59,062 nucleotides of DNA, from positions 21,407,030 to 21,466,091 of the forward strand of contig NC_068986.1 of assembly GCF_001194135.2 (NCBI RefSeq). The letters are read 5' to 3'. Shown here piece by piece: positions 1 through 11,990 of this stretch. The translations under genes and the position numbers were made by a program. Every line of letters begins with the position of its first letter. Positions within the stretch are counted from its first letter, which is position 1. Origin of the DNA: Octopus bimaculoides (taxonomy: Eukaryota). The notes under the pieces were generated by a model. It saw only the letters and a list, made by a program, of their open reading frames with translations. It had not been told where the DNA came from and searched no databases.

Positions 1-87
1 ATATATATATATATATATAAAAGGTTAGTAGAGTTAGCAGTTGAAATAATAATCGATGGCAGTCAATTGTTGATCAAAATGTCTCCA

Positions 88-225
88 CTTTTTTCAGTTT
101 TTGCCCATCAAATCCACTCATAAGGCTTTGGTTAGCCTCAGGGCAATCGTAGAAGACACTTACCCAGGGTGCCACAAAGTGGGACTAAACCCAGAACCAT
201 GTGGTTGAGAAGCAAATTTTACATG
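88..225 (-). mobile_element. SINE family A, 5' fragment
   Basis: Decayed match to the head of the full copies at 27936-28400 and 43735-44140 (gtagaagacactt.ccca.ggtgccac..agtgggact.aaccc.gaaccatgtggttg). Confidence 0.75.
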
Positions 226-896
226 TACACACACACATACACATTAAAGAAATTGAAAGTACAATTTCTCACATAGACTGCCCAGTTTCATCATAACTGA
301 GAATCATCAGAGTGAATTAATAAGATATTAGAAAGGTAAAGTATATCCAACAGACTTAGGTTCGTGTGTTTGGTATAACTTATATAGGATGGGAGGAGAG
401 ATTAAGATTCTTTTTATTAGTCGGAGAGAGACTGTAATTCAAGAAGAGTGTTTACCAGCATACTTTTTTAAACAGATTTTTTTTAAAAAATAATTTCTAA
501 ATTGGAGTCACACAGGAAAAATGATACATACATTCATGTCATACAATATTGGTCATAAGGAGAGGATCAGTTTACACGAGAAGATAAAAATAAAAGAAAA
601 AAATTCAGAAATGAACTAAAAAAAAACAAACAAGTTAGAAATGGAGTTAAATTTAAATAAATGTAATTTGACATGAAAATTGATCATTTTATGTAAAATT
701 GTTTCACTGGGTGGAGCCTGATAGAGAGGGGTGGTGTAGCTGTTAGTATGATGATATACACAGAGATACACAGAAACAAGCACTGCGTATATAATCACAA
801 AGACATAGAAAGCATATAAATATTATTACATCAACATAACCATGCATACATACATATATGCATAAAACTATGTATACATACAAAGTGTAAATGACA

Positions 897-951
<55 letters not shown>

Positions 952-959
952 CATATATA

Positions 960-1505
960 TATGTATACATAGTTGGAATTTACAAAAAACAAAACAAAAG
1001 ACGAAAACAACAAACAGATGTATTAGTTTAACGCTCGGGAAGTCAGAAATATTCAGGGTCGAGGACTTCCTTAAAAGAATGAGATGGAAAGTGTTGTTGT
1101 TTGGTTTGCCAAGAAGAACCAGGGCTTGACATCAAAACCTAACTTCATTGTTGATGACTGCAGAATATCCTCCCACTAATTTATATGCAATATTTCTCGA
1201 AAACTGTTAAACAAACTAACATCATTTTTGCATCCTTATGCACATTTGGGCAAATTTTTTTTAAAATTCTATGAACCAAACCCAGTCACACACCTAAAAG
1301 CTACTTGCAAAATTCCATTCCTGACACCTACAACAAAACCCCATTCACCACACTCATTGATATCAACAAAGAAACTACACAAATTGCAAAAAATACTTTA
1401 AAACAAAAAAATAAAGACTCCTTTACACTAAAAAAAATAGAAAGAAAAAAACTAGAAACACAATTTCCAGAAACACAATTTCCACCATTACCCCACCCCA
1501 ACTAG
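960..1505 (+). mobile_element. Penelope-like element fragment (N-terminal region, degenerate)
   Basis: VEDFLKRMRWKV at 1058-1093 resembles the conserved F(I/L)(K/R)RMRWK motif of PLE proteins. ORF 1305-1505 (YNKTPFTTLIDINKETTQIAKNTL) resembles the pre-RT segment. Motif recognition from memory. Confidence 0.6.
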
Positions 1506-2099
1506 ATTAATGAATGAATTCTACAAAGCTCATACCAGATAAATAGGAAAAAAACCCTCTGATAATATAATTCCCACAGTGAAAATATATTTGCATTTTA
1601 TGGAACAATTTATTAAATGTTTCAAATCATAAAACACAAAGCACAAAAATGCATACATTTTACACAATTTAACATTAATAATGAATATACCTCTATCCTG
1701 AAGGCACTCCTCTATACCAATAATTTTTTCTCCAATACACATGTCAGATTAATATATATATGTATGTATACGTAATTCTACATGCCAAAAAGACTTTACT
1801 CCCTTACAAATAAATTATTTAAATAAAGGAAATTTAAGTGTACACTTTGACATCAAGCATGGGTGTTTTCAATTCAGCTGAGGTGAGTGATTTCGTTGGA
1901 TTATTTCTCTGAAATAAAAATACACTGCAAATTTACTGTCTCTCTGCTGAGATCCATTTTGTCTTTCATTTCTTCAATATCAATAGATAAACTGCTAGCC
2001 AGGATGGTGGTTAGGTGTAATGTTAGTGCTATAATGGTAGAATGTAATATATGCTTTATGGTATCTGTTTCAGCTCTGTGCATTTTGAGTTCAAATCTA

Positions 2100-2144
2100 G
2101 TTTTTATTTCCTAGTGGGAGGAGGTCCCACTAGGAAATAAAAAC
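2100..2144. other. Perfect 20-bp inverted repeat with a 5-nt loop
   Basis: gtttttatttcctagtggga-ggagg-tcccactaggaaataaaaac. Confidence 0.95.
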
Positions 2145-2964
2145 GGGTCCTTTGAGATCCAGGAAAACCATTGATAGTCTAGGGAAATCCTCGACCAAGT
2201 GTTTAAGTATTTCAGTTGGCTCCTCAACATGTCAGCTTGCAAGACAGAAAGCAAAGGGACTTCCAAGTAGTATTCAACTATGGTGTAAACTGTTCTGAGA
2301 TCAGGGAATTGAGAACAAATTAAAGTACGAGGAAACAAAAGTATTAAATAGAGAAAAAGAAGATGTTTTTCAAACAATATTACATGTGTTAAATTAGATA
2401 TATTTAAGAAAGTGTTTCTTCAATAAAACTGTCCAAAATTTCAAAGATAGCTTCAATGGGCCACAGAAGTGAGTGTATAATCAGGGGGTTCTCATTCATA
2501 TTGTACACCATGTCCACAATGGTGGCCCTCATTTATTTTTTGGAATTATGATGGGGGGGGGGGGCGTCAAAAGTTGGTTTTCTTCTCTATGTAGTCCCCA
2601 GACAGTAATCTACAAGGTTTGTATTAGGAAAGTGAGGAAGTCACATAATCACAAAAATTCTTACTCAGCCACACCTGGATCTGTTAGTAAGCTGATATAC
2701 AGAGATACACTGAAATTCATACACATACACAAACATACACACACACATAAATATATAAAGGCGTAGCAACCATGCATATATATATATATATATATGACAC
2801 CAGATTACCTCCTCCAATGCCCCCCACCCCTCCTCGTGATAGCAAGACACCTGTTTCTGCCTCTCTGTCACACTTTAGTCCTTCATCATCTGACACAAAA
2901 TCCCCTCCTCAAATGCTCCTGCCCCTCTCAATATTCCTCGTCTTGCGAGTTACTTGGTGATCCT

Positions 2965-3251
2965 GCCAATGCTGATACCATGTAAAAAGCATCCAGTTCA
3001 CACTGTAAAGTGGTTGGTATTTGGCAGGGCATCCAGCTGTAAAAATCATGCTAAAATTGACCTCACCTGTGCTCGTGCCATGTAAAAAGCACTGACTACA
3101 CTTTGCAGAGTGATTGGTGTTAGGAAGGGCATCCAGCCGTAAAAATCCTGCCAAAACAGACACAGTAGCCTGGGATAGTCTTCTACCTGGCTGGCTCATG
3201 TCAACCATCCTACCCATTCATGCATGGAAGACGGATGTTAAATGATGATGA

Positions 3252-3255
<4 letters not shown>
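2965..3255 (+). mobile_element. Repeat family C (non-autonomous retroelement with (GAT)n tail and internal ~100-nt tandem units)
   Basis: Two units containing ccatgtaaaaagca...aagtg.ttgg..tt.g.a.gggcatccagc.gtaaaa, ending catggaagacggatgttaaatgatgatgat. Similar copies at 4680-4850, 45600-45900, 50410-50810 and 53440-53640. Confidence 0.75.
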
Positions 3256-3294
<39 letters not shown>

Positions 3295-4480
3295 CACGTA
3301 CAAACACATGCACACACGATGTAAACTGAGATAAAATTTAATATATGCACATACACACACACATGTGCGTGTACGTACATGCACACACACAAATAGATAT
3401 TACTCCTTGCCCAAATGTAATGTGGGAGAAAGTGGAATCCTGCTCTAACACATAGGATCTCATTTGGAACAGTCAATTCAGGTACTTTTGTGAGAGCCAC
3501 ACAAGATCCATCTGGGTCCCAGTCAAATTTCTTCTCATTTGAAGAGAACGAGAGCAGGATGAGTTTCACTGGCTTGTGAGTGAATTTGGAAGACAGAAAC
3601 CAAAACGAAGCCCTTCGTGTATGTGTGTGTGTGTTTGGGTGCATGTGTATGTGCATGCGCTTATGCCTGTGCATTTGTTTATATCTGCATTTGCTTAGAC
3701 AGAAATTAAGATGTTCAAGCATTATCGTAAATCGTTCAGTCACTTTGTTTCTTCAAAGCTGTGTCGAATAAGAGATGCATTACTTGAAAAACACATAAGA
3801 TGAAAGCATCCAGCTGTAAAACAATTCTTGAATAACATATTTATCTAACCTATGCTAGCATGGAAAAACATATGTAAAAACAAAGGAGCACGCATACACG
3901 CACACACACTGCAGCAATTTTTAAATTCTTTTTTTTTATATTACAATGACAAGATGTCAGAATTTAGTCATATATCTTGATCTATTAACACTTCCTAGAA
4001 AATTATTTGCGAGAATTCTTTGAGTATCAATGAACCTGACCTAACTTAATATTGTAAATCTGTAGATCTTGTCCCATACTTTGTGAGACATGTTGACACC
4101 CTCATGTTTTTCATGATAACTAAACTGAGAAAAACTATACTGCAAAAAGCCAAATAAATTTAATCCCAAGAGGGAGAGGAGAAGTGTGACATTTTCTTCA
4201 GAATCCTTCCTCAGACAGATAAAATGTCTCCACCAGAGAGTTTTGCCTAAAACATTAGACTTCTCGTCATCCTCCTGGCACTAAATTAATTCCACTGTTT
4301 GAATTATTCGCATTACTTAACACAGATTCAAATTATCACTACTTTATTATTTTTTTTAACATTGTACCATTTAAAAAAGTAAAACATTTGTAAAGCTTCA
4401 ACTGTAAAAATGTCTGAAAATAGACATTTGTGTTTGTGTAATAATGTGTGCATATTTGCGAGTATATAATTATACCTTTA

Positions 4481-5075
4481 TTTACTTGTTTCAGTCATTG
4501 AACTGTGGCCATGCTGGGGCACTGCCTTGAAGTGTTTAGTTGAGAAAATCAACCCCAGTACTGTAAGTCTGGTACTTATTCTATCAGTCTCTTTTGCCAA
4601 ATTGCTAAGTTACAGGGACATAAACAAACCAACACCAGTTGTCAAATGGAATGGTAGTGACAAACACAAAGCCACGCATGTACACACAAAGCACCCAGTA
4701 CACTGTAAAGTGATTGGCAGCAGGAAGGGCATCCAGCTGTAGAAATCCTGCCAAAACAGACAATTGGAACCTGGACAGCTCCTATTAAACCGTCTGACCC
4801 ATACTAGCATGAAAAACGGACATTAAATGATGATGATGATGATGATAATAATGGTGATTATGTGTGTGTGTGAGAGAGTGTGCATGCACGTGTGTGTGTG
4901 TGTGTATGTGTGTGCAAAGGGATTCTTTCAGTTTCTGCCAACCAAATCCTTTCACAAGACTTTCATCGACCTGGGGACTATGGTAGAAGACACCTACCCA
5001 AGGTGCCACACAGTGGGTCTGAACCTAGAACCATGTGGTTTGGATGCAAACTTCTCCACCACCAGCTACGCCTAC
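4481..5075 (-). mobile_element. SINE family A (minus) interrupted by a family C copy (4680-4850, plus)
   Basis: A tail (tttacttgtttcagtca...) at 4481-4660 and A head at 4915-5075 flank a family C segment ending in (GAT)n. Confidence 0.7.
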
Positions 5076-5390
5076 ACCTATTCTGTGTGCATCTTTTACA
5101 CAGAGAGAATTTTTTTTTTTTTGTTTAAATCTGTTTTTATTAGTTATTGTTCTTTACATAAATAGCATGTGGTTTGGATTTGTATCAGGAAATAGAATCA
5201 CAGATACTATAGAGATAGTGAGGGAAAACTGAAGATGTATTTTGGCAAGGATTAAATGTGCTTACTTAGTAGACAGCATAAGCGAGAGAATTAGCACAGT
5301 TTCTTCACATGAGAAAAGATAGATAAATAGTAAACATAGGGTTAACAACACACTAATCTGACACAGTAATTTCATATAAATAACCTAGAC

Positions 5391-5638
5391 AAGTGGTTCT
5401 TGGCCAAGGTTCATGTGAGCCTTGTGGGGTCATATAAGATTTTGTTGCAGTAAATTTTACAATACACAAAACCATTTGACATTTGTTTTTATACAACTCC
5501 TAATAATATTTAATTATTAAAATTTAATTATAAAAATATCACACAATTTTTTAAACATGGAATATTATGATTGCCCACTTCATTAAAATAAGAATCAAAG
5601 GGATCCATAGGTAAAAAAAAATTGGTTGACAACCACTG
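5391..5638. mobile_element. hAT-type MITE
   Basis: Ends aagtggttc... / ...acaaccactg, with an 8-bp TSD acctagac (5383-5390 and 5639-5646). The internal sequence recurs at 10090-10300. Confidence 0.8.
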
Positions 5639-7652
5639 ACCTAGACCTGGACCCCTTGTGCTATACACAGCAATAAAGTGGTAGAAAGTGCCTGATGGTC
5701 TGCAGGACTTGCTGGTCTAGAGGACTTGCTAAGTGGCTATTTTGAGTATATATTTAAAAACACTTTAGTGACTAAACATTCCTGCCTTCCACTCTGAAAA
5801 TCTACATTATATGCTTTATAAATTATTATATTCCTAATTAATTCCCTTTTATTTCAGCAACTTAAATATATCATGTTAAGTCTACCTTGGTTCTGGTTAC
5901 TACTTGTCTCATCATGAATTCATGACACTAGTTTTTTTTTTTAATAATTTTTTTTTTTTAATGTTATCTGTGTTAATTTTTTCAATTCTCTGGTTATGTC
6001 CAAATAAAGTAGACGTGACACATATACAGCAATTATAGCCTAACATTAAACTACTTTCGCAGCACAGATGCTCATACTTATATAACAAAATTCATATGAT
6101 ATATTCACAGAATTATAACTTGTTCGTCTCAAGTATCTCTTTTCACATTTTCAAGTTTCATTAAGTCTAACTTAGGCATCATGTAGGGTTTTTTTTGTTT
6201 TGTTTTTTGTTTTTTGCAGAGGGTGAAAGAAGGGGAAAGGGGATTGTTAGCATTTAAAAAATAAATAAATAAATGAAATCAGTTTAGTAAAACTTCTAGT
6301 TAATTAGAACAATCTTTCAACAGTATATAGTAATTTGCTACATTTCCCAGCACAGGAGAAACTATCAGTTAGTTGTAAGTGTTGCTCATATCATTAGAGG
6401 TATTGGCGAAAATATCAGCAGAGATGACTGTCTGACCTGCTTAGGACTAAACATGGCAACACTTCCTACTCATGTTTTGCTTTGTTGAGTTTTTTTGGGG
6501 GGTTTTTTTCTGTAATCAGTTTTAATAATACATAACATTCCACTTGTGTAAGCTAAAATTTAACCAAAAATATACTTCGTATATTGTTTAGAAACAAAAA
6601 TAGAGGAGTACCCAGCCTGGGTAGAATGTAGTCGTTAGGCTTCTTGATAGCAAGCAAACATTTGGCAAACTAATGTTCCAATAAGCAACAGATGTACTAT
6701 TTTCATTAACGTGGATAGCAGTAAGACGTGTGCAACAAAAAATTGTAAGGAAGTGAAAGATGAACAAAACAGACTGAAGAAAAATTAAGATAAGATTAGC
6801 CCCAACTACTGGATTTATTATATGAATTAGTAACGGATTAGTTTATCTCAGAGGAACCAAGGATAAAGGTTGGAGTTTAGAGTTAGACACGCTACTAAAA
6901 CACGGTGTGGCTACATTGTGTTGTTTTTTGGCCTCAGGTCAGCCTTCAATGAACAAAGGCATTCCAATCATGACCATCCAGTGTTTTTTCCTCAAACATT
7001 GCATATTTAGGACTACACTATCCAATGTGACTTTTCATTTTTCAGGACAGCAAGGTATAATTTGAGAGATTTGGCTACTGTTTCTAGCAGATCAAGTGAC
7101 TCTAGAGCATGCCTGGCCAATTTGAACTACATTGCGAACCACTTTAATCACAGAAAGTTTTTCAAGGGTCGCTTGTATACTGACAGAATTGAAAGCATTT
7201 TGCTTTCTCATGCTATTATTACAATAACAAATGAATGCCCGTTGATTCAACATGAAATATTATCGTTGCAAAAACAGTAGAATCTTTCCTTTTTACTTTT
7301 CATTACAATCTTTAATTTTTGATAAAATTTTTTAAATGTTTGTTTAATGAAACCCGTTTCAAGAAAGTATCAAGCAGGCCGCAAGATAAAAGTCTGCAGG
7401 CCACATGTGGCCCGCAGGCCTCAGGTTGGCAGTCCCAGTTATAGAGGCTCCCCTTTCACTTGTAGAATAGATATTTTGAGAATGTTGAAAGAAAACAGAA
7501 TAAGATATATTTTAGCTACTAAACAACAATAACATTGATGTCCTCAACCAAAGCTTGTAGCACAGAGTAACCTGTAATAGTGCTAAGGGTCCATGTTGTG
7601 GTTTTGGAAGAGACTAAGTCAAGTCAAAATACAACTGAGTCAAAGTAATGAA

Positions 7653-7891
7653 TAAACCCTTTAGGATTTAATCCAGCCATATCTGGCCTAAATATTTTAC
7701 CAGATTTATGTTCAAACTGACTAGATGTGGCCTCTTAGACCTGCCCTACAATGTCATTCTCAAAATAAGCAATCACACCATTGAAATCTTGGAACTACAG
7801 GACAATACATGATTAATTCAAAACAATGTGAATAAATAAGCATTATATTTGATCATTACATTTGATAGTAATCAGAAAGCTAAATGGTTAA
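7653..7891. mobile_element. piggyBac-like MITE
   Basis: taaa|ccctttagga ... gctaaatgg|ttaa; internally homologous to the copy at 10301-10757. Confidence 0.65.
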
Positions 7892-7894
7892 ACA

Positions 7895-7928
<34 letters not shown>

Positions 7929-8532
7929 ACACACACACACACACACAGAATATAGATGTGTGAATACAGCAGGGGTAGTTGTAAGCTCAATGAAGACTAA
8001 GTTTTTGATGCAGGTTCAAGTAGTCTGAGTAGAGACATTTCACTTATTTCTTGCTGTAATCCAGTCAAGAAAGGGGCGATTTCTGCTATGGTTGTTGATG
8101 ATGTTGTTTAGATGCAGGAGAGTCATGAATGAGCAGACCTACTTACTTAATTAGCCAAAATGATTCCCAAGATACTGAACTCGCAACCATGTGGCTGTAA
8201 AGCACACTTCTCAAGCACACGGCCACACTTGCAGTTTTAACTTTATGATGGAAAATTTTAATTAAAATATGCATATTTTTAATTTGTATCAGAGAATTTA
8301 GGTGAGTTGGTATCAAAAGTTTGAGAGAGAGAGAGGGGGGGGAGAAAGAGAAGCAATGAAAGAGATAGATGGATAGATGAATAGATAGAGAGAGAGAGAG
8401 AGGGAAAAAGAGAGAGTGAGAGGGAGAACGGGAGGGAGAGAGACAGACAGAAACAGGGACAGAAGCAGACAGACTGATTTGGGGAAGAATTTGTACCCAA
8501 AAACTTAAAACTTTCTCAATTAACTTGTACTG

Positions 8533-8534
<2 letters not shown>

Positions 8535-8604
<70 letters not shown>

Positions 8605-8652
8605 ATGAGAGAGAGAGAGAATGAGAGAGTGAGAGTGTATGTGTGTGTGTGC
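8535..8652. repeat. (GA)n/(GT)n microsatellite
   Basis: Long gaga run followed by gtgt; source of the ERERER and SLSLSL ORFs. Confidence 0.95.
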
Positions 8653-9039
8653 ATGTTGGATGTCAAGGCAACATTTACAAATATTCCAAATATAACAATT
8701 TGTTCTTTTTTCCCCACAATTGGTATTGTCTGTAGTCACTATTGTCTCTATGAGGTAACTACCATAGTCCACCAAGTGACCGGCCTCTTGATTGAACAAT
8801 TAATTCAATAATTTCTGAATGCACTGACCATCCATCATTCTTATTTTTTTTTTACAAACAAGGTTTGTGGAAGGTCCAGTTCAATGGTCAGGGTTCTGTG
8901 AATAAACAGCATCTTCTCAATACCATTAATGGCAGGGTGGGGGTTACTGTTACAGAAGTAAGACTCCTAGGTCATTGGTTATTATCACTCACAGAGGAAT
9001 TAACTGGTGGAGAGGAATTAACTGGTGGAAGTTCATAAA

Positions 9040-9400
9040 TCTAACCAAATTGTGCCATAATGAAAAAAAGATACCATCATCACCATCACTAACACCACAT
9101 CATCATCATCAACATCATCACCAACTCCACTACCACCACAGCTATTATTATCCCTGTACAGGGCAAGTTTACAAATTGTACAATAATGGACAAAAAAAAA
9201 AAAAAAAAACTAGTCATCAGTTCCCCCACCCCCACCACCACCACCACCACCATCACCACTACTACAGCTATTTTCATCTTTGTATAGGGCAAGTTCACAA
9301 ATCAAACCAAATTGTACAAAAATGATTAAAAAAGAAAGCTGCCACCACCACCACCACCACCACCACCACCACCATCACTACCAACACTATTTTTCACATT
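9040..9400. repeat. Three diverged ~130-nt tandem units, each with a CAC/CAT-rich tract
   Basis: Unit pattern aaattgt(g/a)c...aat...poly-A...(cac)n...a(c)agctatt...gggcaagtt repeated three times (third copy truncated). Confidence 0.7.
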
Positions 9401-9765
9401 CATGTCCAATAAAATAAAACCTTAATTGTAGAAGACACTTCACCTCAGCACTAAATATAACAGCAAGCATTGGTCAACATATAAGACAACCAAGCACAAT
9501 GACAAAGGCTTAGAAATGTGGTGCAAACATTTTTCTTAGGCAAGAAGACACATTATTCTAACTGCTTCGGTTAACCAAGCTCTTTACAAGGAACCCACAA
9601 CAATAATTACAATAGGCATGTCAAGGAATTGCCTTAGATGCATTGTATTAGATTCACCCAATTTATTTCTCTGAGAGTCATTAGGTTCCCAACAAAGAAT
9701 AAAGAATAAAGAATGAAGAAGAATTAAAGCTGTAGTTTACAATTGGATGTTTTATGAAAGTAAAC

Positions 9766-9797
<32 letters not shown>

Positions 9798-9873
9798 TGA
9801 AGTATTTATAAAAGTTACAGAACAAGTCAATGAGTCATTTTCCCTGGTGTATAATTTTGGAATGTAAATACAC

Positions 9874-9906
<33 letters not shown>

Positions 9907-10089
9907 TAATAATAATAAAGATGATGGTGATGGTGATGGCCAAGTATAACAGTTGTAGATGACTAGGTTCATGTTATGTAATCTATGAAATGCGGCAGAG
10001 TTAATGAATCCAGCAAAAAAGGGTGAAATTAGATATTTTACAGGATGTAGATTCAGTATTTCTGAGCAAGAGTTCAAGTGTTTCTAGAG

Positions 10090-10300
10090 CAATGGTCCTC
10101 AACTGGGGTCAATATGACCCTTCATGGTAGTGGGTCTCGTATAAGATTTTGTTGTTTAAACTTATCGCCAATAAATTGGTTATACTGCCACAATATACTC
10201 TTATACTCGTTTCAGCCAATGTGGCTGTGGCCATGCTGGAGCAACCACTGTGCTCTAAAATATTTTGACAATTTTTTTTTTATACAATTCCTAATAATAT
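10090..10300 (+). mobile_element. hAT-type MITE (same family as 5391-5638), left part only
   Basis: caatggtcctcaac start; tataagattttgttg and tttgaca...tatacaa.tcctaataatatt shared with 5431-5510. Confidence 0.65.
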
Positions 10301-10757
10301 TTAACCCTTTAGCATTTAAACCAGCCATATCTGGCCGGAATATTCTTATTTCTTTATTGCCCACAAGGAACTAAACATAGAGGGGACAAACAAGGACAGA
10401 CAAAGGGATTAAGTCGATTATATCGACCCCCAGTGCGCAACTGGTACTTAATTTATCGACCCCGAAAGGATGAAAGGCAAAGTCGACGTCAGCAGAATTT
10501 GAACTCAGAACGTAGTGGCAGACGAAATATTGCTAAGCATTTCGCCCGGCGCGCTAACGTTTCTGCCAGCCAGCCGGAATATTCTATCTGTTTAATATTC
10601 AAACTGGCCAGAGCTGACCTCTCACACCTACCCGAAAAAGTCATTCTAAAATTATACAATCACATCTTGAAGCTATGAGATATTGCATTATTAATTCGAA
10701 ATGATATAAATAAATAAGCATTACATTTGACAGAATAATCTGAATGCTGAAGGGTTA
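10301..10757. mobile_element. piggyBac-like MITE with a nested SINE
   Basis: TTAA|ccctttagcatt ... aatgctgaaggg|tta. SINE inserted at 10347-10572 with a 13-bp TSD gccggaatattct (10334-10346, 10573-10585). Confidence 0.8.
10347..10572 (-). mobile_element. SINE family B, tail variant 2
   Basis: Head gctggcagaaacgttagcgcgccgggcgaaatgcttagc...gttctgagttcaaattc and tail ...ttgtgggcaataaagaaataag; TSD-flanked. Same variant at 49780-50015 and 54057-54293. Confidence 0.85.
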
Positions 10758-11150
10758 CTCTTTCACTTGTTTCAGTCATTTGACTGCGGCCATGCTGGAG
10801 CACCACCTTTATAGTCAAGCAAATCGACCCCAGAGCTTATTCTTTGTAAGCCTAGTACTTATTCTATCGGTCTCTTTTGCTGAACCACTAAGTTACGGGG
10901 GACGCAAACACACCAGCATCGGTTGTCAAGCGATGCTGGGGGGGACAAACAGACACACAAACATATACACACACACATATATATACATATATGATGGGCT
11001 TCTTTCAGTTTCCGTCTACCAACTCCACTCACAAGGCTTTGGTCGGCCCAAGGCTATAGTAGAAGACAATTGCCCAAGGTGCCACGCAGTGGGACTGAAC
11101 CCGGAACCAGGTGGATGGTAAGCAAGCTACTTACCACACAGCCACTCCTG
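10757..11150 (-). mobile_element. SINE family A, near full length
   Basis: Colinear with the reverse complement of 27936-28400. Confidence 0.85.
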
Positions 11151-11574
11151 TATGTATTCTATATTTTTTACTTGTTTCAGTTATTGCACTGTGGCCATGC
11201 TGGGGTGTCACCTCGAAGGATTTAGTTAAAAACAAATCAACTCCAGTACTTTTTTTAAAGTTAGGCACTTATTCCATCAGTCTCTTTTGCCAAACCACTA
11301 AGTTTTACATAAGCAGGCCAACACCAGTTATCAAGCAGAGGGTAACATATGCAACACAAACATACACACGTGCAACAAGCTTCCACACAATTTCCACCAA
11401 CTAAATTCACTCACACAGCATTGGTCAGCCTGGGGCTATAATACCAGGCAAAGTGTTATGCTGTTGGACTGAACCTGAAACCAAGTGGTTGGGAAGTAAA
11501 TTTCTTAACCACACAGTCATGCCTCTGCCTCTATCATAAAGATTTTACAGTGAAGATGCAATTACCAAAATTCT

Positions 11575-11990
11575 TTTCTACTCTAGGCACAAGGCCTGAA
11601 ATTTTGGGAGTGGATGGGGCCAGACGATTAGATCAACCCTAGTATGCAACTGTTACATAATTTATTGACCCCGAAAGGATGAAAGGCAAAGTCGATCTCG
11701 GCGGAATTTGAACTCAGAATGTAAAGACAGATGAAATACTGGTAAGCATTTGGACCAGCATGCTAACGTTTCTGCCAGCTCACCACCTTACTTTGGATAA
11801 AAATATTCTTTTCTACTCTAGGCACAAGGCCCGAAATTTCTGGGGAGGCAGCCAGCTGATTAGATCAACCATGAAAGGATGAAAGGCAAAGTCAACCTCG
11901 GCAGAATTTGAACTCAATGTAAAGACAGATGGAATACCGCTAAGCATTTTGCCCAGTGTGCTAACGTTTGTGCCAACTCGCCACCTTTAC
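11575..11990 (-). mobile_element. Two tandem SINE family B copies (tail variant 1)
   Basis: Each has ttctactctaggcacaaggcc.gaaattt...gaaaggatgaaaggcaaagtc.a.ctcggc.gaatttgaactc...gctaacgttt.tgcca.ctc; a further copy lies at 12580-12790. Confidence 0.85.

Noticed and set aside
1901-2083. ORF containing IDIEEMKDKMDLSRE as a possible EFHD exon
   Set aside because: No EF-loop or coiled-coil match to the EFHD C-terminus.
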